Positions 1-9,567 are shown, counted from the first letter of the stretch. The stretch: DNA of 33,069 nucleotides from Acidobacteriota bacterium (GCA_030614585.1 JAUWTT010000001.1:1-33069); one strand, 5' to 3'. Made by a program: numbers and translations. The notes: generated by a model not told the origin, from the letters alone.

Positions 1-67
1 GACAAGTCGAGTAGGGTATTTCAGCAAACTGGCCAACACCGGTATCAAGCAGGCTCTCTGGGCGTCC

Positions 68-1279
68 GTGCTTCTCCTTTCCTCTCTCGGATTAGCGGTG
101 TTGAGTTCCATTGCCCGCGCTAACGGGCTTTTTGCTCCTGCAATTGTTCTATCCCTCTTGGCCCTGCTTATCGCGGCAGTGATTTGCTTCACTGTAGTGC
201 CAAGACTTTTTAAACGCATTCGATTGGATTACTGGGAGTCTTTTCGATTCTTCAGGGTGACTGGACGTGGGGCGGTATTCCTGTTCCTGGTATTGCTGAT
301 TGCCGCCTCTACATTCAACACAGGGAACAACCTGATGGTACTGGTGTTATCGTTCCTTCTCGCTTCACTTATCGTTTCAGGTGTGATTTCAAACCTGGTG
401 CTTCACGGGTTGGAGGTGAAGCTGGATTCTCCAGATGCAATCCATGTTGGGCAGAAAATAGTCTCCCTTCTGACACTAAGCAACACAAAGAAACGGTTTC
501 CTTCCTTCTCAGTGACCCTGAGGGGAACTCTGGATGATCGGGACGACGAAGAGTTGGGGCCACTTTTTCAGGATCAGGATTTCCCCTACCTTCAACCCCG
601 TGAAGAAACAACGTTCCGTGTGGAGAATGAGTTCCGGCACCGCGGAGTGTACCCTTACCAAGGATTCGAGGTTCGCACGAAGTTTCCATTTGGTTTCTTT
701 GTTCGAGGCCGGAATGTTGGGGAATCGGGACGAGTAAACGTGTACCCGCGGATTCGAGAGTTGAGTGGACTGATCCACCAATTCCCATACCTGATGGGTG
801 AAGAAAGCAGGAATAGAAAGGGGTTTGGTACTGGCCTGTACAACATCAGGGATTATCAGTCAGGCGATGACGCTCGGTTCGTGCACTGGAAGTCGAGTGC
901 CAAACTTGCACGCCTGATGATGAAGGAGTTCGTGGAAGAAACAGAAGACCTGCCACAGCTAGTACTTTCGACGTTTCTCGAAGAGCCTGATGCCTTCAAT
1001 CGGAACCAGTTCGAAAAGGTTCTGTCCTATGTCACTTCTCTTGGCTACCTGTATCTGGAACGGGGCAGGACATTCAGTTTCTATTCCGGAGACTTCAAAG
1101 TAACCGTTGCAGGTAAAGATAATGGCTTTAAATCGCTCCTTGATTACCTGGCTCTCGTACAACCCTCCGATAGGGTTCTGGTCGAGCGGGCCAGAGTCGA
1201 TGACGGAGCTGTGCTTTTCGCTGCTGGAGGCGTGCCCACATTACCGGGGGTGCTCTGTATCGACTATCTGAAGCTATGA
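68..1279 (+). CDS. DUF58 family protein (membrane-anchored, MoxR/transglutaminase-associated type)
   Basis: 403-aa ORF with N-terminal hydrophobic helices and the DUF58 core motif YNIRDYQSGDDARFVHWKSSAK. GTG at 68, but the frame stays open to base 2, so the true start may lie upstream of the window. ATGA overlap with the next gene at 1276-1279. Confidence 0.75.
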   Translation: MLLLSSLGLAVLSSIARANGLFAPAIVLSLLALLIAAVICFTVVPRLFKRIRLDYWESFRFFRVTGRGAVFLFLVLLIAASTFNTGNNLMVLVLSFLLASLIVSGVISNLVLHGLEVKLDSPDAIHVGQKIVSLLTLSNTKKRFPSFSVTLRGTLDDRDDEELGPLFQDQDFPYLQPREETTFRVENEFRHRGVYPYQGFEVRTKFPFGFFVRGRNVGESGRVNVYPRIRELSGLIHQFPYLMGEESRNRKGFGTGLYNIRDYQSGDDARFVHWKSSAKLARLMMKEFVEETEDLPQLVLSTFLEEPDAFNRNQFEKVLSYVTSLGYLYLERGRTFSFYSGDFKVTVAGKDNGFKSLLDYLALVQPSDRVLVERARVDDGAVLFAAGGVPTLPGVLCIDYLKL

Positions 1280-3351
1280 GTTTCGAAAAGGCTTTCCAAG
1301 TCTCAAGTTGCCTTCTATCGCTCACTGGGCTGGTGGCGGTGGCCGCGGCAGGAGGGGTTAGAGCGACGACGGTTGTTCTCTACTTGGGCATGCTCAGCCT
1401 GCTGTGGTTTCTAAGGCCGCGCAGGCTTTCGAGGCCGAACCAGGCCATGGCCCTGGCAGCCGTATTTGCGGTATTTGTGCTCGACTTCTTTCTGTTTGGA
1501 GACTTTGGGTCATCGACCATCCGTTTTCTTCTCCTTCTAAGCTTATTCAAGACCCTGGTTCGAGAGAAAGGGGCCGATTACCTGGTACTCTACCTGATCT
1601 CCTTTGCCCTGTTGCTCCTGGCTTCAACCTACACAGTCTCGATTTTCTACTTTGTCACCCTTGTGGCTTTTCTCTTTCTTTCCGTCCTGGTTCTCATCCT
1701 GTTTGAGAATCGGGAGCCTTTTCGTAAACACAAGAGCCTGCGATTCTCGTTCTCGGCTCACGTCCAAATCGCGACCGTGATCAGCGCACTGACTATCCTG
1801 ATCGCGATTCCAATCTTTTTTGCCATTCCGCGAGGATCTCTCGGGTTTCTGAGCAGAGGTGGGTCAAACGTTTCCGGGTTCTCAAACACGGTGAATCTGG
1901 GCGACACGGGTCGGATTGGTGAGAACTCGGAAGTTGTGATGCGGGTAAGTGTCGATAAGAATCCGAAGGTACTGCCCGCCGACCTGAAGTGGCGTGGAAT
2001 AGCGCTCAACTCTTTCGATGGGAGGGTGTGGACCAGCACGCTACGCAAATCGAATCGCCTGTTCCCTGATTTTCAGGGCAGGTATCCGGTCGCCACCGAG
2101 CGGCGGCAGCTTGAGTCGCTACTGGAGCAGACTTTTTTCGTGGAGTCTTTTTCCGACGTGGTATTCGGAGCCGCGGGAATGGTCCAGCTGTTCGGCTTCC
2201 GGAACCGGAACGCTGCTTTGTGGAGGGATGGGAATCAGGCTGTCTTTATCCGGCCTCGGCAACGAGAAGCATTTCGGTATTTTGTGCATTCCGATCTGGA
2301 GACACGAGCTCAGAAGAGCACCCGTATCAAGGCAGCTTCAGTCCCGGAGGAGTTCGAGATCGCTTTCCTGAAACTGCCGTCCCTTGACGAGCGAATTGTC
2401 CAGTTGGCGGAGAAGGTCTCGGTTGGATCAGGAGGCGCTTTCGGCAAAGCTCTTCGAATTGAGGCGTTTCTTCGAGAAGGGTTCGAATACACCCTTGAGA
2501 ATCCCTCCGGAACAGCTGTGGACCCCTTGGCGGACTTCCTTTTCCGGTCCAGGGCTGGACATTGTGAGTATTACGCGACCGCTCAAGCTGTCATGCTCAG
2601 AACGATCGGAATTCCGTCCCGTGTGGTGAATGGCTTCCGAAGGGGTGAGCACAATGAGTGGAGCGACTACTTCATTGTGAGACAGTCTGATGCACATAGT
2701 TGGGTTGAGGCCTATTTCCCTGGGCCAGGTTGGATCGAGTTTGACCCAACACCAGCCGCCGCCCAGGCCTGGGGAGCCTCCTGGTACCGTCACGTAGCCC
2801 AGATTCTCGACACACTGGATGTGCTTTGGACAGAAGTTGTCACCTTTGACCGGGTTAAGCAAATCGGGTTTTTTCAGTCGGTCAGACGAAAGATTGAAGT
2901 TTCCTGGAGCAACGTCTCAACCGCAGTTGGACAAGTAATTCGGTTCGATTTGTCTCAACTTCGCGAACGGGTGTATTGGCTGGGTGGGCAGAAGTTAACG
3001 TTGTTGAAGGTCCTGGCGCTACTGCTTAGTTGCTTCCTTGCGTACCGTTACCGCAGGTACTTGAGGATGTTCTGGAAACGTCATGTTCTGCACAGGTCGG
3101 GAACGGAGATCGCTCAGGAGTACTACCTTGAGTTGCTGGAGGTTCTCGAAAGGAGGGGTTTTAAAAAGAGCAAGTTTGAAACTCCCCGCGAGTTTGGAGT
3201 CCGGGTCAAGGTTGCGCTGGAAAGTGAACTGCCTCTACAGGTGACAGAGACGTATTATCGGAGCAGATATGGAGGCCATCTGGTCGGACAGAAAGAGCTC
3301 GCAGCTGTGTACTCTTCATTGAGAGAGTTGAAAAGCGGTCAGTTTTCCTGA
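1276..3351 (+). CDS. Transglutaminase-like membrane protein (TgpA-like; DUF3488-type N-terminus, DUF4129-type C-terminus)
   Basis: 691 aa with a multi-TM N-terminus. Transglutaminase core has a Cys/His/Asp arrangement: RAGHCEYYATAQAVMLRTIGIPSRVVNGF ... DAHSWVEAYFPGPGWIEFDPT. A late TM helix is followed by a helical tail. Translationally coupled to the DUF58 gene. Confidence 0.85.
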   Translation: MSFEKAFQVSSCLLSLTGLVAVAAAGGVRATTVVLYLGMLSLLWFLRPRRLSRPNQAMALAAVFAVFVLDFFLFGDFGSSTIRFLLLLSLFKTLVREKGADYLVLYLISFALLLLASTYTVSIFYFVTLVAFLFLSVLVLILFENREPFRKHKSLRFSFSAHVQIATVISALTILIAIPIFFAIPRGSLGFLSRGGSNVSGFSNTVNLGDTGRIGENSEVVMRVSVDKNPKVLPADLKWRGIALNSFDGRVWTSTLRKSNRLFPDFQGRYPVATERRQLESLLEQTFFVESFSDVVFGAAGMVQLFGFRNRNAALWRDGNQAVFIRPRQREAFRYFVHSDLETRAQKSTRIKAASVPEEFEIAFLKLPSLDERIVQLAEKVSVGSGGAFGKALRIEAFLREGFEYTLENPSGTAVDPLADFLFRSRAGHCEYYATAQAVMLRTIGIPSRVVNGFRRGEHNEWSDYFIVRQSDAHSWVEAYFPGPGWIEFDPTPAAAQAWGASWYRHVAQILDTLDVLWTEVVTFDRVKQIGFFQSVRRKIEVSWSNVSTAVGQVIRFDLSQLRERVYWLGGQKLTLLKVLALLLSCFLAYRYRRYLRMFWKRHVLHRSGTEIAQEYYLELLEVLERRGFKKSKFETPREFGVRVKVALESELPLQVTETYYRSRYGGHLVGQKELAAVYSSLRELKSGQFS

Positions 3352-3424
3352 TCACTCCCTTTTTCAGGAGCCGTGCTTGTCCTCTTTTTCCCTTGGTGTA
3401 CTTCGTGCCTTGGTGGTGAATCCC
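3351..3424. repeat. Degenerate copy of the palindromic-core repeat family (right arm well preserved)
   Basis: 3391-3424 ccttggtgtacttcgtgccttggtggtgaatccc matches the GTG-periodic right arm of the cores at 27671-27705 and 11731-11763. The segment starts with gatca at 3351. The left arm is poorly conserved. Confidence 0.35.
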
Positions 3425-3503
3425 ACTGTTGGAACCTCGAGACGATTCCTGGTAGCTCTGCCGCCCGTTCGCCGACTTTGGAGTGTGTAATAATGGCTTC
3501 TCC

Positions 3504-4838
3504 ATGGCCAAAATTGGATTTGTCAGTCTCGGCTGTGCCAAGAACCTGGTTGACACTGAGGTGATGCTCGGTGCCCTCGTTGAGGAAGGGCACGAGATCA
3601 CTTCATCTCAGCAGGAAGCCGAGATCATCGTCGTAAATACCTGCGGTTTCATTGACAAAGCCAAAGAAGAGTCGGTGAATACGATTCTTGAGATGGCGGG
3701 TTACAAGAGCCAGGGGGCGTGTCGACGATTGATTGTTGCAGGCTGTTTGGTCGAAAGATACCGTCAGAATATCCTCCAGGAGATTCCAGAGGTCGATGCG
3801 GTTATCGGTACTAACGAGATCCCTGACATTGTGAGAGTGTGTGGCTCAGAGCTGAGTCCACCTCCCCTGTTTGAGACCAGAGATGCCTACCTTTACTCGG
3901 ACAAGGATCCGAGGGTGATAACGACTCCATCGTACACTGCATACATTAAGATTGCGGAAGGGTGTAATCACCCCTGTACCTTTTGTGTGATTCCCAGGAT
4001 GAGAGGGAAATTCCGGAGTCGTACTGCAGCATCGATTCTGAAGGAGGCTGAGAGGCTTGCCGCACAAGGAGTACGCGAGATAAACCTGGTAGCACAGGAT
4101 TCGACGATGTACGGCTGGGATTTGGGGCAGAAAAAGGGCTTGGCCGAGCTGGTTCGTGACTTGGCGGTGGTGGATGGGATCGAGTGGATTCGCTTCCTTT
4201 ACACCTATCCGAACACTATCTACGACGAACTGTTGGATGCGGTTGCAGAGACTGACAAGGTCTGTAAGTATATCGACATGCCTTTACAAAGCGCTTCGCG
4301 GGAAGTTCTCAAGCGCATGAAACGGGGAGGCAGTCGCAGGTCTTTGGAGAGATTGATCAGTCGCATTCGTGAGCGTGTTTCCGAAGTCACAATTCGCACG
4401 ACTCTGATTGTTGGATTTCCTGGCGAAACGGAAAATGACTTTCAGGAATTGCTGGATTTCGTAGAAGAGGTACAATTTGATCGTCTTGGGGTATTCGCTT
4501 ATTCGGATGAAGAGGATTCCGAATCTTATATCTTGGAGGGGAAGGTCTCTGACACCGTCAAGAAGGAACGGGTAGACAGAGTCATGGAGTTGCAAGCCGG
4601 AATTTCCAAAGCAAAGAACAGTCGGCTGGTGGATCGAAAGCTCCCTGTGTTGGTGGGAGGTCCGTCGGGCGAGACAGATTTGCTTTGGGAGGGACGTTTG
4701 AAGACCCAGGCACCTGAGATCGACGGGGTGGTCTATTTAAATGATGGCGTGACGCCGGAAACCCGTCCGGGTGAGATTCGAATGGTTCAAATTACCGGTG
4801 CGTTTGAGTACGATTTGGTCGGTACGCTGTTGCCGTGA
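3504..4838 (+). CDS. rimO: Ribosomal protein S12 methylthiotransferase RimO (radical SAM MTTase)
   Basis: N-terminal MTTase motif MAKIGFVSLGCAKNLVDTE, radical-SAM cluster motif AEGCNHPCTFCVIP, and a C-terminal TRAM-like domain. ATG at 3504 preferred over the upstream ATG at 3483. Confidence 0.9.
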   Translation: MAKIGFVSLGCAKNLVDTEVMLGALVEEGHEITSSQQEAEIIVVNTCGFIDKAKEESVNTILEMAGYKSQGACRRLIVAGCLVERYRQNILQEIPEVDAVIGTNEIPDIVRVCGSELSPPPLFETRDAYLYSDKDPRVITTPSYTAYIKIAEGCNHPCTFCVIPRMRGKFRSRTAASILKEAERLAAQGVREINLVAQDSTMYGWDLGQKKGLAELVRDLAVVDGIEWIRFLYTYPNTIYDELLDAVAETDKVCKYIDMPLQSASREVLKRMKRGGSRRSLERLISRIRERVSEVTIRTTLIVGFPGETENDFQELLDFVEEVQFDRLGVFAYSDEEDSESYILEGKVSDTVKKERVDRVMELQAGISKAKNSRLVDRKLPVLVGGPSGETDLLWEGRLKTQAPEIDGVVYLNDGVTPETRPGEIRMVQITGAFEYDLVGTLLP

Positions 4839-5023
4839 CAGAGAAGAAGAACTCGAAACAGACTTTGAAGTGTCCCAGTTGTGGCCGGGAGGTTGGACGT
4901 AGCGACCGTTGGCTGCCTTTTTGCAGTGACCGCTGCCGCCTGTTAGATCTTGGACAATGGATTGATGGAGCTTTTAGAATCGCTGGAGAAAAAACGAGGG
5001 AGGGCGAAGGGCAAGAACCCTAG
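4835..5023 (+). CDS. yacG: DNA gyrase inhibitor YacG (zinc ribbon)
   Basis: 62 aa with CPSCG ... PFCSDRCRLLDLGQWIDGAFRI, the characteristic YacG zinc-finger and C-terminal motif. Overlaps the rimO stop by 4 nt. Confidence 0.8.
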   Translation: MTEKKNSKQTLKCPSCGREVGRSDRWLPFCSDRCRLLDLGQWIDGAFRIAGEKTREGEGQEP

Positions 5024-5489
5024 TCTCCGTTCGTTTCCTCAGTTGGTGGCGACCGTTTTTGGATTGGGGTATCTTCCGTTCTTTCCGGGAACCTGGGGGT
5101 CGCTCGCCGCCGCTTTGGCAGTGTGTGGACTTTACCAATTGCCGTTGCCCCATCTCTTTGGAATCCATCTGACCTTGGTCCTGCTCCTTTTCCCTGTCGC
5201 CTGGTATTGTTCTGAGAAAACTTCACGCGCGATGGATACGGCAGATCCTTCGGTGGTCGTGATTGACGAGGTGTTTGGCCAGTCTCTCGCCTTGCTCTTT
5301 GTTCCAGTGAGTCTCGTATCGGTGATAATCGGGCTTGTCCTTTTTCGGATCTTCGACATATTCAAGCCGTTTCCGGTGAATCGGGCAGAGCGCCTTTCTG
5401 GTGGGTTGGGCATCGTTGCCGATGACCTGATTGCCGGTGTATACGCTGGTCTTGTACTCTTATTACTCCATCTACTCCATGCGAGCTGA
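4950..5489 (+). CDS. pgpA: Phosphatidylglycerophosphatase A
   Basis: Motifs LVATVFGLGYLPFFPGTWGSLAA and VVIDEVFGQ, plus hydrophobic helices. Start uncertain: ATG 4950 or 4965 overlap yacG by 59-74 nt, and in-frame TTG/GTG codons near 5043-5048 are alternatives. Confidence 0.8.
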   Translation: MDNGLMELLESLEKKRGRAKGKNPSLRSFPQLVATVFGLGYLPFFPGTWGSLAAALAVCGLYQLPLPHLFGIHLTLVLLLFPVAWYCSEKTSRAMDTADPSVVVIDEVFGQSLALLFVPVSLVSVIIGLVLFRIFDIFKPFPVNRAERLSGGLGIVADDLIAGVYAGLVLLLLHLLHAS

Positions 5490-6714
5490 GATTATTGCTG
5501 TTGGGTCCGAGCTGCTTTCTCTTGGGCGACCCGAAACGGATTCACTCTATATTAGCTCCAAGCTGAAGACTCTTGGCATCGACGTTCTCAGGAAGTTCGT
5601 GGTCGGGGACCGTGAGCAGGAACTCACTGAATCGCTGTCCCTGGCATTGAAACGCTCGGACGTCGTAACCATCACCGGTGGGCTTGGCCCGACAAACGAT
5701 GACATTACCCGTGAGGTGGTAGCGCGATTCCTGGGCAAAGAGCTTAGAGAGGATCAGAAAATCCTTGATGATCTTCAACGCAGGTACGAGCGCTTTGGAT
5801 TGAAGCTGACGCCGAACAACCGAAAGCAGGCCATGGTGCCTGACGGAGCAGAGGTGCTGCCGAATCCTCATGGTACTGCCCCTGGGCTGTTTCTGAAGGT
5901 GGCGGACGGGCTGCTCTTCCTCTTGCCAGGTCCCCCGAGAGAACTCTGCCCGATGGTTGAGAGACATGTGCTGACAATTATTCGCCGGTACAAGCAGGTC
6001 AACCCGGTTCCTTTTCGGCAGCTGAAAGTTGGTGGTGAGGCAGAGTCTAGAGTCGATGCCAGAATCGAGTCGATCTACAAGGAGTATCGGGATGTCGAGA
6101 CCACAATTCTCTCGTCACCCGGCGTGATTAGCCTCTATTTCATGTGGAAAGGAGGCCCTGATCTGGAAGCTGCCGACCAGGTGCTCGATGAATTGTCTGA
6201 TCGGGTCAAGGAGCGGCTTGGAAAATCTGTCTACTCAAACCGTGAGGAAGAACTGGCTGAAGTGGTAGGGAGACTGCTCAAGGGTCGATCCCTGACTGTA
6301 GCAACTGCCGAGTCGTGTACGGGAGGTTTGATCGGGAAACTTCTCACAGACGTTTCCGGAAGTTCCGCTTACTATTTGGGCAGTATTGTCTCTTACAGCA
6401 ATTCTGTGAAGGCAGAGCTGCTTGGTGTTCCGCATGAACTTCTGCAGTTGGATGGGGCAGTAAGTGAACCCGTAGCGCGTCAGATGGCGATTGGGGTTAG
6501 AGGGAAACTGGGTTCTGATGTCGGATTGTCGGTCACCGGCATAGCGGGGCCTGGTGGCGGGACAGAGAAGAAACCCGTTGGCACCATCTGGCTGGGTCTT
6601 TCGATTAAGGACAGGACGAAGGCCAGGTCCTTACTCTTGCCAGGGGGGCGAGAAGCCGTTCGGCTGCGGACGTCAAACCTGGCTTTGGATTGGCTTCGTC
6701 GAGAGATTCTATGA
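5479..6714 (+). CDS. cinA: CinA family protein (MoCF-binding domain + nicotinamide-nucleotide amidohydrolase PncC domain)
   Basis: N-terminus MRAEIIAVGSELL..., TGGLGPTNDDITRE, and the C-terminal PncC motif LTVATAESCTGGLIG. ATG 5479 preferred over 5431. Confidence 0.9.
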   Translation: MRAEIIAVGSELLSLGRPETDSLYISSKLKTLGIDVLRKFVVGDREQELTESLSLALKRSDVVTITGGLGPTNDDITREVVARFLGKELREDQKILDDLQRRYERFGLKLTPNNRKQAMVPDGAEVLPNPHGTAPGLFLKVADGLLFLLPGPPRELCPMVERHVLTIIRRYKQVNPVPFRQLKVGGEAESRVDARIESIYKEYRDVETTILSSPGVISLYFMWKGGPDLEAADQVLDELSDRVKERLGKSVYSNREEELAEVVGRLLKGRSLTVATAESCTGGLIGKLLTDVSGSSAYYLGSIVSYSNSVKAELLGVPHELLQLDGAVSEPVARQMAIGVRGKLGSDVGLSVTGIAGPGGGTEKKPVGTIWLGLSIKDRTKARSLLLPGGREAVRLRTSNLALDWLRREIL

Positions 6715-7271
6715 TTCGTTGCTTCGTGGCAATCCCACTCCCTGGTGACGTCCTTGCCCAGATAGGTGAGGTTTCCCGCCAGCTCAAGAAACTCAGCATT
6801 GACGCACGGTTTCCTCGCCCAGAGTCGATTCACCTTACCCTGAAGTTTCTGGGAGATGTCCAGGAATCCGCCGTCCAGGATATTCTGGAAACGATGAAGG
6901 AAAAAGTCTGCAAGTATGAGTCCTTCGAGGTGAGTGTCCGCAAAGCTGGAGCATTCCCCCATCTTGCCAATCCGAGAGTCGTCTGGCTGGGTGTTGAGCC
7001 GGAGGAGGAACTGGAAAAGCTCCAATCAAGTGTCGAGAGCGGCCTGGTCGAGCTTGGATTTGAAAAGGAGAAGCGGCGGTTCAGCCCTCATCTCACGCTA
7101 GCTCGCGTTAAATCACGGCACATGATTGCGAACTTGATGCACTATTTGGAATTGCACGGCTCGAAGATCGACCTGGGAAGTTTCCTGGTCCGAACGGTGG
7201 TTCTGTATCGCAGTGAGCTTCGGCCAAGTGGAGCTGTCTATAGCCGCCTGGGCTCGGCTGCGCTGAAATAA
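6711..7271 (+). CDS. thpR: RNA 2',3'-cyclic phosphodiesterase (2H phosphoesterase, ThpR/LigT)
   Basis: Two H-x-T-x motifs (HLTLKFLG and HLTLARV) at the expected spacing. ATG 6711 forms an ATGA overlap with the cinA stop. Confidence 0.85.
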   Translation: MIRCFVAIPLPGDVLAQIGEVSRQLKKLSIDARFPRPESIHLTLKFLGDVQESAVQDILETMKEKVCKYESFEVSVRKAGAFPHLANPRVVWLGVEPEEELEKLQSSVESGLVELGFEKEKRRFSPHLTLARVKSRHMIANLMHYLELHGSKIDLGSFLVRTVVLYRSELRPSGAVYSRLGSAALK

Positions 7272-7291
7272 CTCTGAGTCTGAGGTCAAGT

Positions 7292-8422
7292 ATGAGGATC
7301 GTTTTCGTCCGATTACGCTCACTCGGTGACATCGTCCTGATGACTCCGGTACTGGCCGCTGCCAGGAGAGAGCCGGACAGCGTCATCGGCGTAGTCTGTG
7401 AGACTCCCTTCGATGAGGTTCTTCAAGGGAATCCGGACGTGGACTTACTCATCACCGCTTCCAGACAAAAGGCCTGGTTGAGCCGGATTAAAGTAATCAG
7501 ACAGGTCAGGAGTTTCCGGCCTGACCTGGTGATTGATTTGCATGGTGGAACAACAAGTGCTTTGATAACCGGACTCTCGGGAGCGCCTCGGAGAGTCGGA
7601 TACTCCACCGCCCGGAATACTTTTTTCTACAGTGAAGTTACACCAGACACCAGGAAGATCTGGGGGCGAGAGCGGATTCACACCGTTGAGCATCAGTTGG
7701 CCCCTTTGAAACATCTTGGCTTTCCGGTCGAACCCATTCCCCCTCTTCGTGTCCCATTGGACCAACGTGACGTTCGGTTCGTCCGGGAGTTGCTCATCCG
7801 GGACGAGTTTCTTCCAATCAACGAGATCGAATCCTCGAAATCGAGCGGGTCAAGTAGCCGCAGTTCCAGTGCATCTTGTGATTCAACCGGTCACGGAGGG
7901 GATGAGGCCTGCATAGATGGAGAAGGTGTTGCCGCCCGGTTTCCGTTCGTGCTGGTCCATCCGGCGGCTGCGTTTGAGACAAAGCAGTGGCCCGTTGATC
8001 GTTTCGGTGAGCTGATTCGGAGACTACGGAAGGATGGCCTCCGTGTTGTCGCTACCTGCGGCCCCGGGGAAGCTCATCATCTGGAGCGGCTATCTCAACT
8101 CGTCGACGAAGGAGTCAAGTTTGTGCCACCGCTCTCCCTCGCTAAGTTCGTGGCGCTGGCATCACTGTGCAGGGTGTACGTCGGAAACGACACAGGTACT
8201 ACGCATATTGCAGCTGCCCTTAAGAAGCCGATCGTGGCAGTCTTCGGATCTTCTGATTCCACGGTGTGGTACCCGTGGGATGTTGATTTTGAACTACTGA
8301 AATCGGATCTGCCCTGTATCCCGTGTCCGGGTTACACATGCTCGGAGTATGAGGAACCCGTCTGTATTCGAAGTGTGCCGGTCGATCGGGTCTACAGGGC
8401 GGTGAAGCAGCTCATGCAGTAA
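7292..8422 (+). CDS. Glycosyltransferase family 9 (LPS heptosyltransferase-like)
   Basis: N-terminus MRIVFVRLRSLGDIVLMTP, C-terminal half VYVGNDTGTTHIAAAL, followed directly by a heptose kinase gene. Carries a Ser-rich low-complexity insert between the two Rossmann halves. Confidence 0.8.
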   Translation: MRIVFVRLRSLGDIVLMTPVLAAARREPDSVIGVVCETPFDEVLQGNPDVDLLITASRQKAWLSRIKVIRQVRSFRPDLVIDLHGGTTSALITGLSGAPRRVGYSTARNTFFYSEVTPDTRKIWGRERIHTVEHQLAPLKHLGFPVEPIPPLRVPLDQRDVRFVRELLIRDEFLPINEIESSKSSGSSSRSSSASCDSTGHGGDEACIDGEGVAARFPFVLVHPAAAFETKQWPVDRFGELIRRLRKDGLRVVATCGPGEAHHLERLSQLVDEGVKFVPPLSLAKFVALASLCRVYVGNDTGTTHIAAALKKPIVAVFGSSDSTVWYPWDVDFELLKSDLPCIPCPGYTCSEYEEPVCIRSVPVDRVYRAVKQLMQ

Positions 8423-8490
8423 AATGGAGCCGCGCCTTGGTTCCTGAAACACAATCTCGGGAACACATGGGCCCGCGGAGATGAGTGTGA

Positions 8491-9489
8491 TTGATGATGA
8501 GACGTCGTTCGGTTTCTTTTGAGCGTTTGAGTGAAGTCGTTTCCGGCTTCTCGGGCTGCAGGATCGCGGTAATTGGGGATCTGATCCTGGATGAGTTTGT
8601 TTGGGGGAACGTCGAACGAATATCGCCCGAGGCTCCGGTCCCGGTCGTGGACGTTATCCGGGAGTCTGAACACCTGGGCGGAGCAGCTAACGTCGCCCTG
8701 AACCTGACCAGTCTGGGAGCTGAGGTTGATCTGGTAGGAGTCGTAGGGCAAGACGCGGCTGCGAAGAGACTGGTGGAGAAACTAGCTTCATCCGGAATCT
8801 CAACTGATTCCATTGTCGGGGATTCCGACCGCCGGACAACCATCAAGACGAGAATCATTGCACACCATCAGCAGGTGTGTCGCACCGACAGAGAGACCAA
8901 GAAGAGCCTCGATCCAACCATTCGGGAGAATGTAACCAGCCACTCTCGAGCATCGATCGGGAAGGCCGATGCGGTTGTTCTCTCTGACTACGGAAAAGGT
9001 GTCCTTTCGGATGAAATGGCCACACTCTTGATCCAGTGTTGCCGTGAGAAAGGGAAGTTTGTCGCCGTCGATCCGAAGGTGAACGATTTCTCCCATTACG
9101 CCCAAGCCTCGATAATCACTCCAAATAAATGGGAAGCGGAACTCGCCTCCGGAGTCTCGATTTTCGACGAGGTGTCACTGGAGCAAGCGGGACGCATGAT
9201 CCTCCAAATTGCATCGGCAGATGATGTGCTGATCACTCGTGGAGACCAGGGGATGAGTCTGATTTCTCACCAAGAGCGTCTTGACATTCCTACGGTAGCG
9301 AGGGAGGTGTTTGATGTTACCGGTGCTGGGGACACTGTCATTGCCACACTGGCTCTTGGGGTTGCGGCCGGTGCGACGGTCCACGAGGCTGCGGTGCTGG
9401 CGAATCATGCCGCCGGAGTCGTGGTCGGGAAACTGGGAACCGCTTCAGCCTCTGTGGATGAATTGCTCGCTAGTTTGACCGTAGGATAA
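8491..9489 (+). CDS. hldA: D-glycero-beta-D-manno-heptose-7-phosphate kinase (PfkB family; HldE domain I / HldA type, kinase only)
   Basis: RIAVIGDLILDEFVWG...PEAPVPVV..., GGAANVALN and DVTGAGDTVIATLALG are typical of the RfaE/HldE kinase domain. No adenylyltransferase domain is fused. Confidence 0.8.
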   Translation: MMMRRRSVSFERLSEVVSGFSGCRIAVIGDLILDEFVWGNVERISPEAPVPVVDVIRESEHLGGAANVALNLTSLGAEVDLVGVVGQDAAAKRLVEKLASSGISTDSIVGDSDRRTTIKTRIIAHHQQVCRTDRETKKSLDPTIRENVTSHSRASIGKADAVVLSDYGKGVLSDEMATLLIQCCREKGKFVAVDPKVNDFSHYAQASIITPNKWEAELASGVSIFDEVSLEQAGRMILQIASADDVLITRGDQGMSLISHQERLDIPTVAREVFDVTGAGDTVIATLALGVAAGATVHEAAVLANHAAGVVVGKLGTASASVDELLASLTVG

Positions 9490-9567
9490 GCTTCCAGCTT
9501 GTCATGTCGGAGGTCGCGAGTTCGAGTTTTGTTGGCACCGAAGTGTTACATCCGCCGGCAGGAATGC

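Noticed and set aside
1-67. Separate upstream gene fragment in frame 1 (open from base 1 to about 120)
   Set aside because: Too short to assess. The frame of the DUF58 gene is also open to the window start, so the region more likely belongs to the DUF58 N-terminus or its leader.
6480-7025. 181-aa minus-strand ORF spanning the cinA/thpR junction
   Set aside because: Antisense to two genes with clear family motifs. It spans their junction and has no recognisable domain.
9490-9545. Intact tRNA gene
   Set aside because: Only a T-arm and acceptor 3'-strand-like fragment is present. There is no complementary 5' acceptor strand, D-arm or anticodon arm, and the required upstream sequence lies inside hldA.
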